A stretch of 64,000 nt of DNA. Origin: Vicugna vicugna (taxonomy: Eukaryota). The position numbers were made by a program, and so were the translations under genes. The notes below the pieces were generated by a model, which worked only from the letters and a program-made list of their open reading frames with translations, did not search any database and was not told where the DNA came from. Where the stretch lies: the NCBI GenBank assembly GCA_013265495.1, contig MU061579.1:6548124-6612123 (forward strand). The letters run 5' to 3'. Below are positions 51,340 through 63,392 of the stretch, one piece after another (the first letter of the stretch is position 1; the number at the start of each line of letters is the position of its first letter).

Positions 51340-52790
51340 TAGATGCAAATATTAAACTTAGTAAAATTAAAATATTAAACATCAAAAATAATATTACATA
51401 ACAAAATCCAGTGGTATGAAAATGCAGTAAGCAGAATTTATCCCTTCAAATACAAGGAAATAATATTGGAATATACAAGAATTTCCACGTATCAGTAAGT
51501 AAAAGACAGGAAACCAGTGGAAAATTAGGCAAAGGCTATAAACTGACAGTTTACAGAAATGGAATGTCTGTAAAGCTAGCAAGCATATGAAGAGATGCTC
51601 AAACACATAAATAATCAGACAAATGAAAATTAAACAAAAATGAGATATCATCCACCAGTATGGCAAAAAATTAGAATAATGATAAGTGTTAGTGGAGATG
51701 TGGCTGTATAGGATTCCACACATGCTTGCAGGTGCATGGACTGGAGATTGTTCTGGAGAAGAAACTGGCATCACTCATTCAAATTAAGTATGCATATATA
51801 CTATGACCCAGTATTCTCTACCCCTACCACCGGGGTATATAGTGCAAAGCAGTTTTCATATGGGTTCATAAGGGGGCACATGTGAAGATACACATGACAG
51901 CATTGTTTGTGGTTGTGTGGGGTAGAAACCAATCTGTGTGTCCACCTAATGTGATGCAATTATAAAAAAATAAAATGCACATATAGCAAGACGGATACAT
52001 TAAAACATAGTGCACATTAAAAAACAAGAAATAAAATGAGAACTAAGGCTCAATATAATTATGCAAATTATAATACATTCAGTGCAGAGAAAGCATTATT
52101 GCAAGTTTTATAAGAACACTTACCAAAAACCTTAAAAAAAAGTATTTATCTGTGACAATGAATATATATATGTTCGTGTATAACTGAAAAATTGTGCTTT
52201 TCACTGAAGTTTGACACAACATTGTAAAATGATTATAACTCAATAAAAAATGTTAAAAAAAAAAACTGACAACAGAAACCACAGCAGAAGGGGATTAATA
52301 ATTTGAAAAAAAGTTAGAAAGTTCAGGATGCCCCTCGCCCCTCAACCCCACTCCGGCCTGTGCACGGCTTATACACTAAAGGGTAACTGTTTGGCCCCCT
52401 GAAAGGGAACCATTCTCCTCGTGGGAGTTTCTGCAGAGGCTGAAACCGTAGGAAAACAAACACTGTCAATAAATTGATATTTGCTACATACAAAAGAAGG
52501 ACAACTGAGAGTCATAAAAATCGTGATTTTTGTTTTTGTCTTAAAAAGGTCACCCTAGGGTAGGGGTGGGGGTGTCTTAAATAAAAAGTGCAAGAAGGCA
52601 AAAAAAAAAAGTATTTGTCAGGCACATTTAGAATGACTGCCTATGAGAAGGAGGAATGGGAGTGGGGAATGGGGAAAACGGGAATAATGAACAAACAAAC
52701 CCATAAATCAGAGAGACTCCAAGGCCTTGTATGGACCAATGATGATTGCTGAGAACTGTGCCTTATGTGTAACCCAACTGTCTGCAACTA
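51340..52790 (+). mobile_element. Old L1 (L1ME3-like) 3' region, split by the 52151-52610 insertion
   Basis: agcatatgaagagatgctcaaac; atatacactatgacccag; 3'UTR resumes cacatttagaatgactgcctatgagaaggaggaatgggagtgggg after 52620. Confidence 0.75.
52151..52610 (+). mobile_element. Young camelid-type L1 3' stub with a 334-bp 3'-transduced segment
   Basis: L1 end plus A11 (52151-52265), non-L1 segment 52266-52599 with AATAAA at 52580-52585, second A11 at 52600-52610, TSD a8-gtatttatc / a8-gtatttgtc around the whole unit. Confidence 0.85.
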
Positions 52791-53279
52791 AGAACAACAA
52801 CGAAGTCTCAAGTGGAGGCAAGATAGAGGGCCTTAAGCCCATATTTTAAAAAGTTAATAAAGAGAATGACAGCCAAAGAGGAGAATACAGAGTTTTGTTT
52901 TGTTTTGTTTTGTTTGGGGAGGGGGCACAGGTAAACGTTTGCATGTAAAAGGGAACAATCCATTAAAGAAGAAAAGTGAAAAACCTTAGACAGGGAAATA
53001 ATATATTTAAGAGAAAAAATTCCTCAAGATAATGCTAAGGTCAATGGCAAACATGGAACAGTTAGCTTTAGGTGGAGGAAGGTCTTATTGTGAGACTAAG
53101 GAAGATGACCATATTGTGGAGAGCAATGGAAATGGGTGGTCTAGTTCTCCTAAGTGAGAGAAGAACTACGTTACCACTAAAGAGTTTGGATTGAAGGACG
53201 GGCGATGAGGAAGAGGAAGTAGAAAAGCACTCGGTCATTTTTCTTAGGACTTGATTTGCAAACTCTCCTCTAATTCTCA

Positions 53280-54120
53280 GTTTTCCCCAGCTCAGCAAAT
53301 GTTTACTATCTACCCTGCTGCTTAAGACAAACACCTGAGAATCAACTTTTATTTCTCCCTTTTCCTCACTCCCCGGTTCAATCCATTAGTAAGTCTTATT
53401 GGCACTGCCTTTAAAATAGATAGCAAATTCATCCATGTCTTTCCACTTCTACTAAAACTGTCTTTTTTCCAAATTGCATCATCTCTCAGATTGATTATCT
53501 CAATAGTCCGCTGTTTCTCCTGCTTACCCTCCGGTCCTTTAATTCATTCCTAATCCTTAGACAAAGTGACCTTTTTTTAAATGAAAATAAAATTACATCA
53601 TTCCTCCATTAAGACTTTCTAATGACTTTCCATTATTTTGACAATAAAACCCAAATTTCTACCATGGCCTCAAGGACCTTGCCTACTTTTCTAACTAATC
53701 TTAAAATATTCTCCTACATTTGACTACCCTCCAGCCACACTGGCCTTCTCTTTTTTCAGACACATGAGGCTCATTCACACTGCAACATCTTTGCACATGC
53801 CACTTCTAATTGAAACACTCGTCCTATGATCTTTGTCTTACTGACTCTTTCTTATGTTCATGGACCAATTCCTTAGTCATCTCTTCAAAGAGGTCTATCC
53901 TCTTTCACTTTACCTCATTTTATATTCTTCATAGTAATAACCACTTTTGGACTTTATCTTATAAATGTACTTATTTATTTTATGTTCCCTACACTTAAAT
54001 GTAAGCCCCACACTAGCAGAGTTCTTTTATTTGCTTATTCACTAGTCTATACCTAGGGCCTAGAACAGTGCTTTGCACACAGTAGACACTCAGAAACATG
54101 TACTGTTGCTGAATAAACAA
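53280..54120 (+). mobile_element. L2 (3' ~800 bp)
   Basis: caatccattagtaagtcttattggcactgcc; ctccagccacactggccttct; end cctagaacagtgctttgcacacagtagacactcagaaacatg...tgaataaa. Confidence 0.88.
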
Positions 54121-55649
54121 TGTCGGTATTACAAATGTTGCCAGTTTTCAAGGACCCAACTGAATTTAGACACATTTAGAAAGAGAAACACATTGCATGC
54201 TGGGAATGGGCAAGGTGGACTTAGTTTTGTAGTAGATACAGCAGACGAGACTTTATGGTGATAAACTGAAGTTTTGGCAATACTGAAGTTCTAGTTTTCT
54301 CACCAGTACGATAGAGATGTTCCCAGGAATAAAAGAGAACAATGCATTTAAAACACTCTTACTAGAAACCCTGATACCAGTACAAGTTAGCGTTATCATT
54401 GTTATTCTAATATTTAAGCTTTGCTTAATAGACTGTACATAGTTGGAAAGTTCACCTATATAGTCAAGAATTCACCTATTGAATTTTCTTTCATCTATAA
54501 TATTTTGTGATTCTTTGCTTATGTTATTAAATGGTCATTTCTAAGTCTATAATATCATGGGATCAGTCAAACCTTGTCCAGGCTATTTCTAGAGCTTCAA
54601 AAGATTTATATTTAACATCATATTCATATCATTCTCTTTCTTTTCACTCCTTCAGCCTTATTTTTGCTGCACATTCTTTTACCCTTAATCTCAGGGCAGC
54701 TAATGTAGTTTAATGCTTGTTCATTTTATATAGTTTCTTTTCTTTTGGAATTTGTTCTTCTTCAGTTTCTATTCTTATATTTTTCTTGGTTTATCCTCAT
54801 GTAAAATTGCAATAAACATAATCACTGCCTTCATGGTGAGAACATTATTTGTTAACAGATGGTAGATTTTCAAAATCTGAATTGTTTAAAGTAGAAGACA
54901 CTGAAAAAGGTAGTCAAAATTGTACTCTGCTAAGACTGAAAAAGAAAGGTCATTTTTTTTTCAAGATAAATTAAACTCTTATAAACAAAGTTACCAACAT
55001 CTAGAAGCATTAAGGCAAGCATGTAGAAAGCCATGGGAATTCATTTGTCTCTCTCAATTAGTTAATGGTTTTTGAACATTAGTCATTAGGTTTCTCTATT
55101 TTAATTAATTTAAGTAATTTACATAATGAAATTTCTGTACATAAAATATTCTTAATAAGCATTTCATCATTTATCCCAGAAGGATTTCATGAAAATTAGT
55201 TCAAGTAATTCAACCCTACTTCAGGAAGGAAAGAGCAGGAGCTGGAAACTAAGGGTGATACTGAAATGAAGCGTTAAGCAGAAAAGTGCCACAGAGAGCA
55301 GGAGACCAGCTCTCTCCAGTCATTACCAGCCACCGGACAAAGGATCGAAAACAAGATGACCAGGGCTTAGAATACATTTAGTTTATATTCAATCTGTTTT
55401 TGTCAGTGTACAAGTTCTGAAACTGCCTGGTAAGTCTTCTCTAGTAACTTCTTATAGGTATGTTTTTAAAACTTATTGTAAGATTCTTGACATCAGAAAC
55501 CACTTTTCACTACTTTATTAAGACTTTATTATCTTAAGAGTCATTAAAATAACTGTGAGGACACACCTTAACTGAAAGTTGTGGTTAGCTCTGGCAAAGG
55601 AGTTAGAATGGGGGGCCACTTCCACTTATTCTGTATTTTTTTAAAATAA

Positions 55650-57090
55650 TTTTTAACTTTTAATTTTGAGTTAATTTTAGTCTGACAGTAGAGTATTAAC
55701 ATTTTCTATATGCCCTTCCCTCAACTTCTTCTGTTAACATCGTACATGACAAATTTCAATTATCACAACTAAGATAACATTAGTACAATACTACTAGATA
55801 AGCTGCAGACTTTATTCAGCTTTCACCAACTTTTTATGCTAATGTCTTCTGTTCCAGGATGTATTCTAGGATCCAACATCACATTTGATTGTCAAGTCTC
55901 CTTAATCTCCCCCAAGTTGTGATGGTTCCTCAGTTTTTTTTATTATTTTAGTGACCTTGAATTTGAAAAGTATAGGTCATTTATTTTGAAGAATATCCCT
56001 CAATATGAATTTATCTGACATGTTTCTCATGATTGGACAGAGGTTATATATAATTGGGAAGAATGCCACAGGTGTAACATTTTCTTTTCAGGGCATTATA
56101 CTGAAGGGCACATGATCTCAATATCTCTATTTTTTATAATTTGACTCTTAGTCAAGGTGGAGTCTGCCAAGTTTCCCCACTCTAAAGTTGCTGTATTTTC
56201 CTTTGAAATTAATAAAGATTTATTTTTGGACAGTTTCTTTGAGACCATTAAACTGAACTTTATCCACTAATTTTAGCTTCCATTGGTGGATCTTGCTTGC
56301 AGCAATTATTAGTGTGGTGTTCTAATGATGATTTTCTATTTCTCTCAGTCTCCCTACAGTTAGTAATTAGAATTATTCTTCTGTAATAAAGAATTGTCCC
56401 TTCTCCCCCGCTATGTATGCATATATGTATGCACGTAAGATTTTATTTAGAATGTGATGCATGCATTTAATCACACAGGCTCAAAGATAATTATTTTATT
56501 TGTATTAGTATCTATTATTCTTATTATTTGCCTAAATTGTGCCATCTGTTTCAGGTGGTTCCTGTGCCTCTGTGATATGTTGCCTTTTTTTTTTTTTAAG
56601 TGCATCCTTGTTTTCTGGCACTACAATATGTTGCAGGTTTATATTGTATTTTTACTTCCCCAGCCCTGGAAGTAACCATTTCTCCAAGGAGCCCTGAATC
56701 CATTTATCAGATAATGGTTTCCAGAAACAAAAATCTGATTACTAGGGGTGTTCATTGCTTCTGGAATGTCACTATTTCTAGGCTTTCTCAGATAGACAGA
56801 GCTAAGAGATACACAAATGTATACAAACTCATATATATAAGAGTTTATACTGGCATCTCCTACTCCAATCCAGCATCATTCTAGTCTCCCTTCCTTTATT
56901 ATTTGTAGCTTCTTTCTCTGACAGAAATCTTACCTTTATTTTCTACAATATATTTATTTATTTATTTGTTCACCCTAGTAAACATATAAAGTAGCTTCTC
57001 AATTGTTAATCTGTGTCCCTGTGAGAACCAAATTTCCCAACTAGAGTACAGTGTTTATGTACAGTCTGCTTTTATTCTTATTGTGTCAAA
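55650..57090 (-). mobile_element. L1MC4/5-like 3' region
   Basis: acattagtacaatactactag...gactttattcagctttcacc; ccagccctggaagtaaccatttctccaaggagccctg; aactagagtacagtgtttatgtacag. Confidence 0.85.
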
Positions 57091-57454
57091 TCAAAACATT
57101 GTTAAAAAAACTTTTTTTTTTTAATCTATGAATCTTTCTTCATTTCCTGGTTCAGCTTTAGGTAGAAAACCAATATTTCATGAGTTGCTAATTAATGAGC
57201 CTATACAAAACTCACTGACTCATTTGGTCCACACTAATGTAATTTTAATAGTCTTTGTCTACAAGTATCCACCTTAGGTTAGATGTGAAGTAGCTGCTCT
57301 CCTCTTCAGTGCTCTTAAAGAATCTGAGTCATTCACAGATTAACTCAAGAAGAGTCTCCTGATCATATAATCTAAAAATACATTGTTTTTATTTAGAATA
57401 AGATTTGTCTGGCATAGGTTGTAATGAACAGATTAGCCAACTTTTCATCTACAA

Positions 57455-57642
57455 CAGTGGTTTTCAAAGTATGGACCCTGTACCAACAGCGTCAACATCA
57501 TCTGAAAACTTGTAGAAATGCAAATTCTCAGGCCCCACACCAGACCTACTACATCAGAAACTTTGGAGATAGAGTTTATCATTCTGCATGTTCACAAATT
57601 TTCCAGGGTATTCTGATGCATGCTGAAGTCTAAGAAACTTTA
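57455..57642. mobile_element. MER5A MITE
   Basis: cagtggttttcaaagtatgg; tagaaatgcaaattctcaggccccacaccagacctact; ttctgatgcatgctgaagtctaagaaac. Confidence 0.9.
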
Positions 57643-57789
57643 TCCAACTAACCCAATCTCTTCAGGATATTTTGGTCTAGTGAGGACTTGGGGCTAGTTT
57701 AGAACTAGAGTCAATTTCTGATCCCTATGGCTCATTACCATCTTGACAATGAAGATTTAAACCTACTAATCTCTTTGGAAAATAGCAAT

Positions 57790-57975
57790 TCAAAGGTTTT
57801 CAAAACTTTAGAATCTCTCAGTGGTAGGAGTAGTGTAGATTCCTGCTTCTTGGACTTTAAAATGCATTTGTACCACCGTGGGTCTTGTTAATAGGCTGAT
57901 TCTGTTTCAGTAGGTTTGGGATGAGGCCTGAGGTTCTACTAGCTGACAATCCCCCACGTGATGCTGCTGGTCCCT
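57790..57975. mobile_element. MER5-family fragment
   Basis: ctgattctgtttcagtaggtttgggatgaggcctgag; cccacgtgatgctgctggtcc. Confidence 0.6.
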
Positions 57976-58529
57976 TTGTATCTGCCCTCTGGTTTTAATA
58001 TTGCAGCAACATCCTCAGAAATCAGACAGTTGTGATCCTGTCCTTGATACCTCCACCTATTTCATCTTTTAACAGCTCTGAACATTATATAATGTTCTTG
58101 TCATGTCACATCTCACATCCAGATTTCTCTAAAAATTCTGGTTCTTCATTTATCTCTGGACTTTAAAGTCAAGAGTCAGGTGAAATACTATAGAAGACTG
58201 AAAATACATCAAAAATATATGAAAGCTCTTAAAGTTATTCTGAATTATTGAAGCTGATCAGTGGGGTGAGATTTTTAATGTAAAAATTTTAGAAGGTATT
58301 TCCCTTCTTGGGAATTATATATTGGAAGATGGCAGGCACAGTAGGCCATGAACACCTATGAGGACAAAGATTCACAGTGTTAACTCATCCCAAACCAAGC
58401 GTTACTCAGAAATAGAAACACTGTCACAAATGCATCAAAAATCAAACTGGGCATTGTCATTTGGAAGTTATATGGTTATATTGGTAAAATGTGGCTTGAT
58501 ATTCAAGACTAAATTCTGCTTAAACTTAT

Positions 58530-58920
58530 TCAACAATATCTTCCTGATAATCTACATTCCACCCAGTATTGATCATTCACTCCTTTGTGTAACATTGTAC
58601 ATTGCTCATAGCTATTCTCAGTACTCATCTCCGGATGCAGAGCTGTGAGCTCCTAAGAACTTACTGCTCCAATTATGGCCACAGACCAGCAGGAGCTGGA
58701 AGCCTGTCAGAAATGCAGAATCTCATGTCCCACCCTACACCAACTGAGTTAAAATTTGAATTTTAATAAAATTCCTCAGGTGATTAAAATGAGCAATAGA
58801 ATATGAAAAGCACTTCTTAAAGAGAAAGGGAAAGTGACTTACTCATTTTAATATCCTCACCTTAGAGTCTGGCATAGCTTAAGCCCCTTAGAACCATTCT
58901 TGAATGATATGAAATGAATT
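58530..58920 (+). mobile_element. L2 3' end, interrupted by MER5
   Basis: agagctgtgagctcc...agagtctggcatagc...ttgaatgatatgaaatgaat. Confidence 0.65.
58660..58815. mobile_element. MER5A1-like MITE nested in L2
   Basis: acagaccagcag; cagaaatgcagaatctcatgtcccaccc; ttttaataaaattcctcaggtgatt. Confidence 0.8.
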
Positions 58921-59269
58921 CACCAATATTACTTATATTTCTATAAATGATTAAATATGTTTAAAGTAAATAGCAAGCTCTAAGATAGGAACCAGGGAGT
59001 CAAAATAAGAGTGATAATGGGGCAGCACAAGCAATTTAAATACAATTTTCCAAAAACTCTGTGAAAAGCAAATAAAACAATATAACTATAGTTTAGGGAT
59101 CACAAATTTTCAAACTCTGCTCTGTGTTTGACCCTATCATAGGAGATAGGTAAGCTCTTACATTTTATGATTGATCTATGTACTACAGAACAGCCCATCA
59201 GTCCAATGGTATTTGCAACAGTCTGGCATGTTCTTTCACCAGAATGAAATGAGATCATCATAATTTTTT

Positions 59270-59490
59270 AAATAATAATTATAGTCATAATGTTTACAGA
59301 AATGCACTGGGAACTTACTATGTTTTACAGGCATTCTTTCATTTAACTCCTTCAGTTGTATTATGAGGTAGGCTCCATTATCCTTATTTACAGATAAAGA
59401 AACAGATTTATAGAAGTTAAGTGACTTATTTAAGAGCTGCTAGCTGAACTCAGCTTTGACTGATTTCACAGACTCAATTCCTGACTACTG
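59270..59490 (-). mobile_element. MIR SINE
   Basis: tatgaggtaggctccattatccttatttacagataaagaaacaga; gaagttaagtgactt. Confidence 0.8.
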
Positions 59491-59519
59491 GCAACATGCA
59501 AATGTTAGCTGAGAACCCA

Positions 59520-59700
59520 GAAGAAAGAGCATGAACTCTGACATTCAAGAAGCCTCCTTTTCAACCGTAACACATATGTACCGGCAGTGTGGGCTTGGGC
59601 AAATTATTTAAACTATCTATCTCAATTTCTTCACCTAAGGCTAATAATACATACCAACCTGTAGAGCATTGCAAAAATTAGTCACTTAGCTTATGATAGA
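59520..59700 (+). mobile_element. MIR fragment
   Basis: gagcatgaactctgacattc; tgtgggcttgggcaaattatttaaac. Confidence 0.7.
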
Positions 59701-60609
59701 AGCCAAATTAGGGAGAACTATTCTTATTATTTCTTCTTATTAATATCATATTAAATAGCTATACCTTAAAATCAAAGCTAAGGGCCCTAGAGTTAAACTA
59801 TATGAGAAATCTAATGGGATGAGAGATGAAAAATTCAGCCAGATGGAATACTTTCATGGGAAGCCCTTAGTAATTGTCCATTTTTACCTGCAGTAACATA
59901 AGAAAGCAAAAGCAACATACTAATAAGCAGATTCAACTGCTCCTTATAACCCGAATGCACTTCAGCAAACAACATATTCTTGCAACTCAATTCCTTCTCA
60001 TTTTAACCCCTAATTGTAATGATTCATAATGCCATACTTCACAGAAGGATGCATTTAATAAAAAGTAATAGAATACATATTTGCTATGAATCAGTACTTA
60101 TTAAAAAAATAACTGACTTATTGATGAATTAATAAACTTCCCTTTTTGTTCTAAAGTATAAGTCTGGAAAATCTAGGGCTATTCCCTGTTGAGTTAAACA
60201 GAGCACTATACAACTGGTGACTCTTTTGAATGTTGACTTTTTAAATATATTATACATTAAAAACTTGTGAAGTCAAAGGATGTATTATGTGGACTCAGTA
60301 AGTGTGCAAAATTGTTTGGTGCTTTGTTTAGCTGCCCTTTAGACATGCTCCTCAGTTATTTATAATGTATTAAAAGAAAAAAAGAACAGAAATTAGACTA
60401 CATGGTAAAATTAACTGCCAGCCAAGCTAGCAAGCTCAGTTGAATAGTGGTATTTTGTTCTAGGATATGTACACACACAAAAAGTGTACCAGATTTTAAA
60501 TGAGAAGTGGAAGCAGAAGAATAGGAAAAGTAGGTGATACAAAACAATACAGCAAAGAAAAAGAAAACAAAATTAATGTGATCTTTTTCTTTCCTCCCTG
60601 GAAAATATA

Positions 60610-60780
60610 GAGTGGTTTTTAATAGGGTTAACTCTGGGGCCAGATTGCCTGAGCACAGTGCCTGATTCCTTCACTTTCTAGCTTATGATCTATGATTAAA
60701 AAATGTCAGATTCATTATCTGTATCATCTGTAAATGAGGCGTATGGATACCTACCTCAATAGGGTTTAGCTGTTCGAATG
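60610..60780 (+). mobile_element. MIR fragment
   Basis: actctggggccagattgcctg; atcatctgtaaatgaggc...atacctacctcaataggg. Confidence 0.65.
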
Positions 60781-61000
60781 ATACATCTTCCAAGAAGCCT
60801 TTCTGATTCCCTTGATGAATATAGCACTTAGGTATTCCTTTCTGCCCTGCCTTAGTTTTCTTCATTCCCTGACACTTATTACTACCTGATACTACATTAA
60901 GTAAGTAATGTCTGTTTCTTTATTCTTTCTCTCCCTCAAATGCAAGTCAAATGCATACCATATCTACAGTACCTATCAAATGGCCTGGCACATAACACTA
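60780..61000 (+). mobile_element. L2 3' fragment
   Basis: catcttccaagaagcctttctgattccc; cacttattactacctga; cctggcacata. Confidence 0.65.
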
Positions 61001-61304
61001 AATAACTGGTGTTCACCTTGTTGTTATTAAAGACAAATGGATTTATTTATAAAATATATGTTTATATTTAACAAATCACAGAATACTTGTTCATTCATTG
61101 AAAAATGTCATTCAGCTTAAAAACTGAACTCACCATTTGAATTGATGAGGAATGAAAACAAAGTTAACAATTTTTAGCCAGCTGAATTATATTATGAACT
61201 GATTTTCCTCCCTTACTTACATAGTATTTTCATTTTAGCCATAAACATATCTAAGGGGCATAAACTGAACTTGTTCAAACAAAATACCAAAGACAGCTTC
61301 CCTG

Positions 61305-61965
61305 AGGCTTTTAGTTGGGGTTCATTTAGTTATAAGCAACAACAAAAACTATGATGATTTACTTAAGAATAAAGATAAAAGAATGTAGGCTGTTCATTGG
61401 AAGGAACTGGAATATCTCCCAGAATCCTAATAATAGCTACCACTTGTAGGGCACCCACTATGTTCCAGGCACCATTCTAAGCTCTTTACATAATTACCTT
61501 ATTTCATTCTCCCAAGGGCTCTGTAAGATATTTACAGCAATTATATACCTTTTATAGATCAATAAACGGTTGTACTGAGAAGTTATATAATCATCCCAAA
61601 GTCACAAGTTAGTGAGTGACAGATCTGGAATTCAAGCCCAGACAGCCTGAGTCTTGGCCCTGTTCTCTTATCCACTCTGCCATACTGCATCCCAGATGTT
61701 CATGAAAAGTGTATGTCCAGGCTTCAGGAAGGGCATGTACTTAAGTGGCTCCAGGGATCCCATGTTATTTCTAGCATCCCGACATCAAAATGACTCACTC
61801 TGGTGACTATTAGTTTCAAATTCCCAGGAAAAATAAATAATTGGCTTAGATATCTGCCCTGCATTAGTAAGTGATGGCCAATGGTTCAGAGATATGAAAC
61901 ATAGACATGGCATTTCACAGTCAACTCTTGTGGTATGTAGCCTTCCCAAGAGAAAAGATAATTAT
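61305..61965 (-). mobile_element. Old MaLR LTR (MLT1K/L-like), split by a MIR
   Basis: tttagttataagcaacaacaaaa; attggaaggaactggaatatctcccagaat; tttcaaattcccaggaaa...attggcttag. Confidence 0.55.
61427..61693 (-). mobile_element. Full-length MIR
   Basis: taataatagctacc...cactatgttccaggcaccattctaagctctttaca; cccaaagtcacaagttagtgagtgacagatctggaattcaagcccagacagcctga. Confidence 0.9.
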
Positions 61966-62114
61966 TGTAAAACAAAGAGAATTCCACTCCAAGAATTATT
62001 TAATATATAAGGTGTGAAATACTAAAGATGTGGTCTATAGGTTTAGACATATAGAAACATTAATAAACAGAGGAGAGAAATAAATTCTGTTTGATTTGTG
62101 TGAAAATCTTGACT

Positions 62115-62258
62115 GGTATATATTATACCCATTTTATAGATAAAACTGAGGGCAGATAGATTAATTTATACTCAAAGCTAAAGAGCTAGTAAGTCAGGCT
62201 TTTACATACATCCATTGGCTCCAAAGTCCATGCTATCTCAACTGCACTATAATCCCTC
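62115..62258 (-). mobile_element. MIR fragment
   Basis: attatacccattttatagataaaactgagggcaga; ggctccaaagtccatgct. Confidence 0.8.
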
Positions 62259-62513
62259 CATTTTGGCTGGCTAAAATTTGGCTCATAAGAAATAGAGAAA
62301 CAGTGTAAAGATGGAGCATTTATAAGAAAATTTCAATAATCCTCTTTTTTGTCCATAATGACAATACACAGGAGGTATATGATAATTTTGAGGGCTTTCC
62401 TCTCATTTGTCTAAAAATCCCCAAAATGCTTCAAACAGAAAATTATGTAATTTTCAAGCTCTACATTTGTTTGATGTAAGTCCCAATGACTCTACAGCCA
62501 GCTAAATACTGAA

Positions 62514-62578
62514 CACTGGAATTTGACACAACACTGTAAAATGATTATGAATCAATAAAAAATGTTAAAAAAAAAAAA
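62514..62578 (+). mobile_element. Extremely 5'-truncated camelid-type L1 tail
   Basis: cactggaatttgacacaacactgtaaaatgattatgaatcaataaaaaatgtt-polyA, near-identical to 52202-52265; degenerate TSD aaatactgaa / aagaactgaa. Confidence 0.85.
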
Positions 62579-63054
62579 GAACTGAATCAAGGAAGGTATT
62601 ATGAAAAGGCATCGAAACAAATGGTTGAAGAGAAAAGCTCAGGATACCATGTAACACATATTATTCATTAAAATTGTACTTCTACTTGAGATATTGAAAT
62701 GATAGACCATCACTGCTGAACTTGGCTGTATCAAAAACTTACTGATTCCTAATTTGAAATAGGAGCATAATCTGTTTTTTAAGAAAACTTGTTTTAATGA
62801 GAGATACTGGGGGAGGGGGGCACAGAGTTAATTACTTTCCTCTTTCTCCAGGTATTAAAGCAATTAAAGTTGACATTAGAAAAAGATAAGCTTCAGACTA
62901 CCAGCCATATTGCCAGTGAAACTGAATTACATAGCAGATTCAGCCTGAAGTGAAAAATGGCCTCTCTACTCCAACCACTTTACTTGAAATTACTCATCCA
63001 GTTTTGAGCAGTTGCTGGACATGGGCATGCCCCCAACATCCTTCACCCCCTCAA

Positions 63055-63100
<46 letters not shown>
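63055..63100. repeat. (AC)n microsatellite with one interruption
   Basis: Seen directly. Confidence 0.97.
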
Positions 63101-63327
63101 GGGAAGTCTATCCATGGGGCTAACAAGGAAGAACGAATCAGAAGGGCCCTATGCCACCCGCTAACAATGACACTTCCCACTTCTCATTGATAATATCAGA
63201 CAGAGCTTCTTCCCCTAGGAGACACACATTAAGGAGGGAGAAAGATGGTTGGAAAAATTCTTGTCACTGGTCCTAGGTGAAGAGTAGTGACTATTTTATG
63301 TCACATAAAGAGATAATTCAGTAATTT

Positions 63328-63392
63328 TCCTATCTATTTATCCATCCATCCATCCATCTATGAATCTATGTATCTATGAATCTCTCTCTTTC
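63328..63392. repeat. (TCCA)/(TCTA)-type compound simple repeat
   Basis: tatctatttatccatccatccatccatctatgaatctatgtatctatgaatctctctct. Confidence 0.8.

Noticed and set aside
52266..52610. Independent processed pseudogene next to an L1 stub
   Set aside because: A single TSD pair encloses both the L1 stub and the segment, which favours one transduction event. A template-switch chimera with an mRNA 3' end remains possible until the source locus is found.
62835..63050. Exon after the strong acceptor-like ttcctctttctccag
   Set aside because: No convincing ORF or nearby donor. Similar acceptor-like tracts near 27230, 34075 and 49160 are also unsupported. A non-coding exon cannot be excluded without RNA data.
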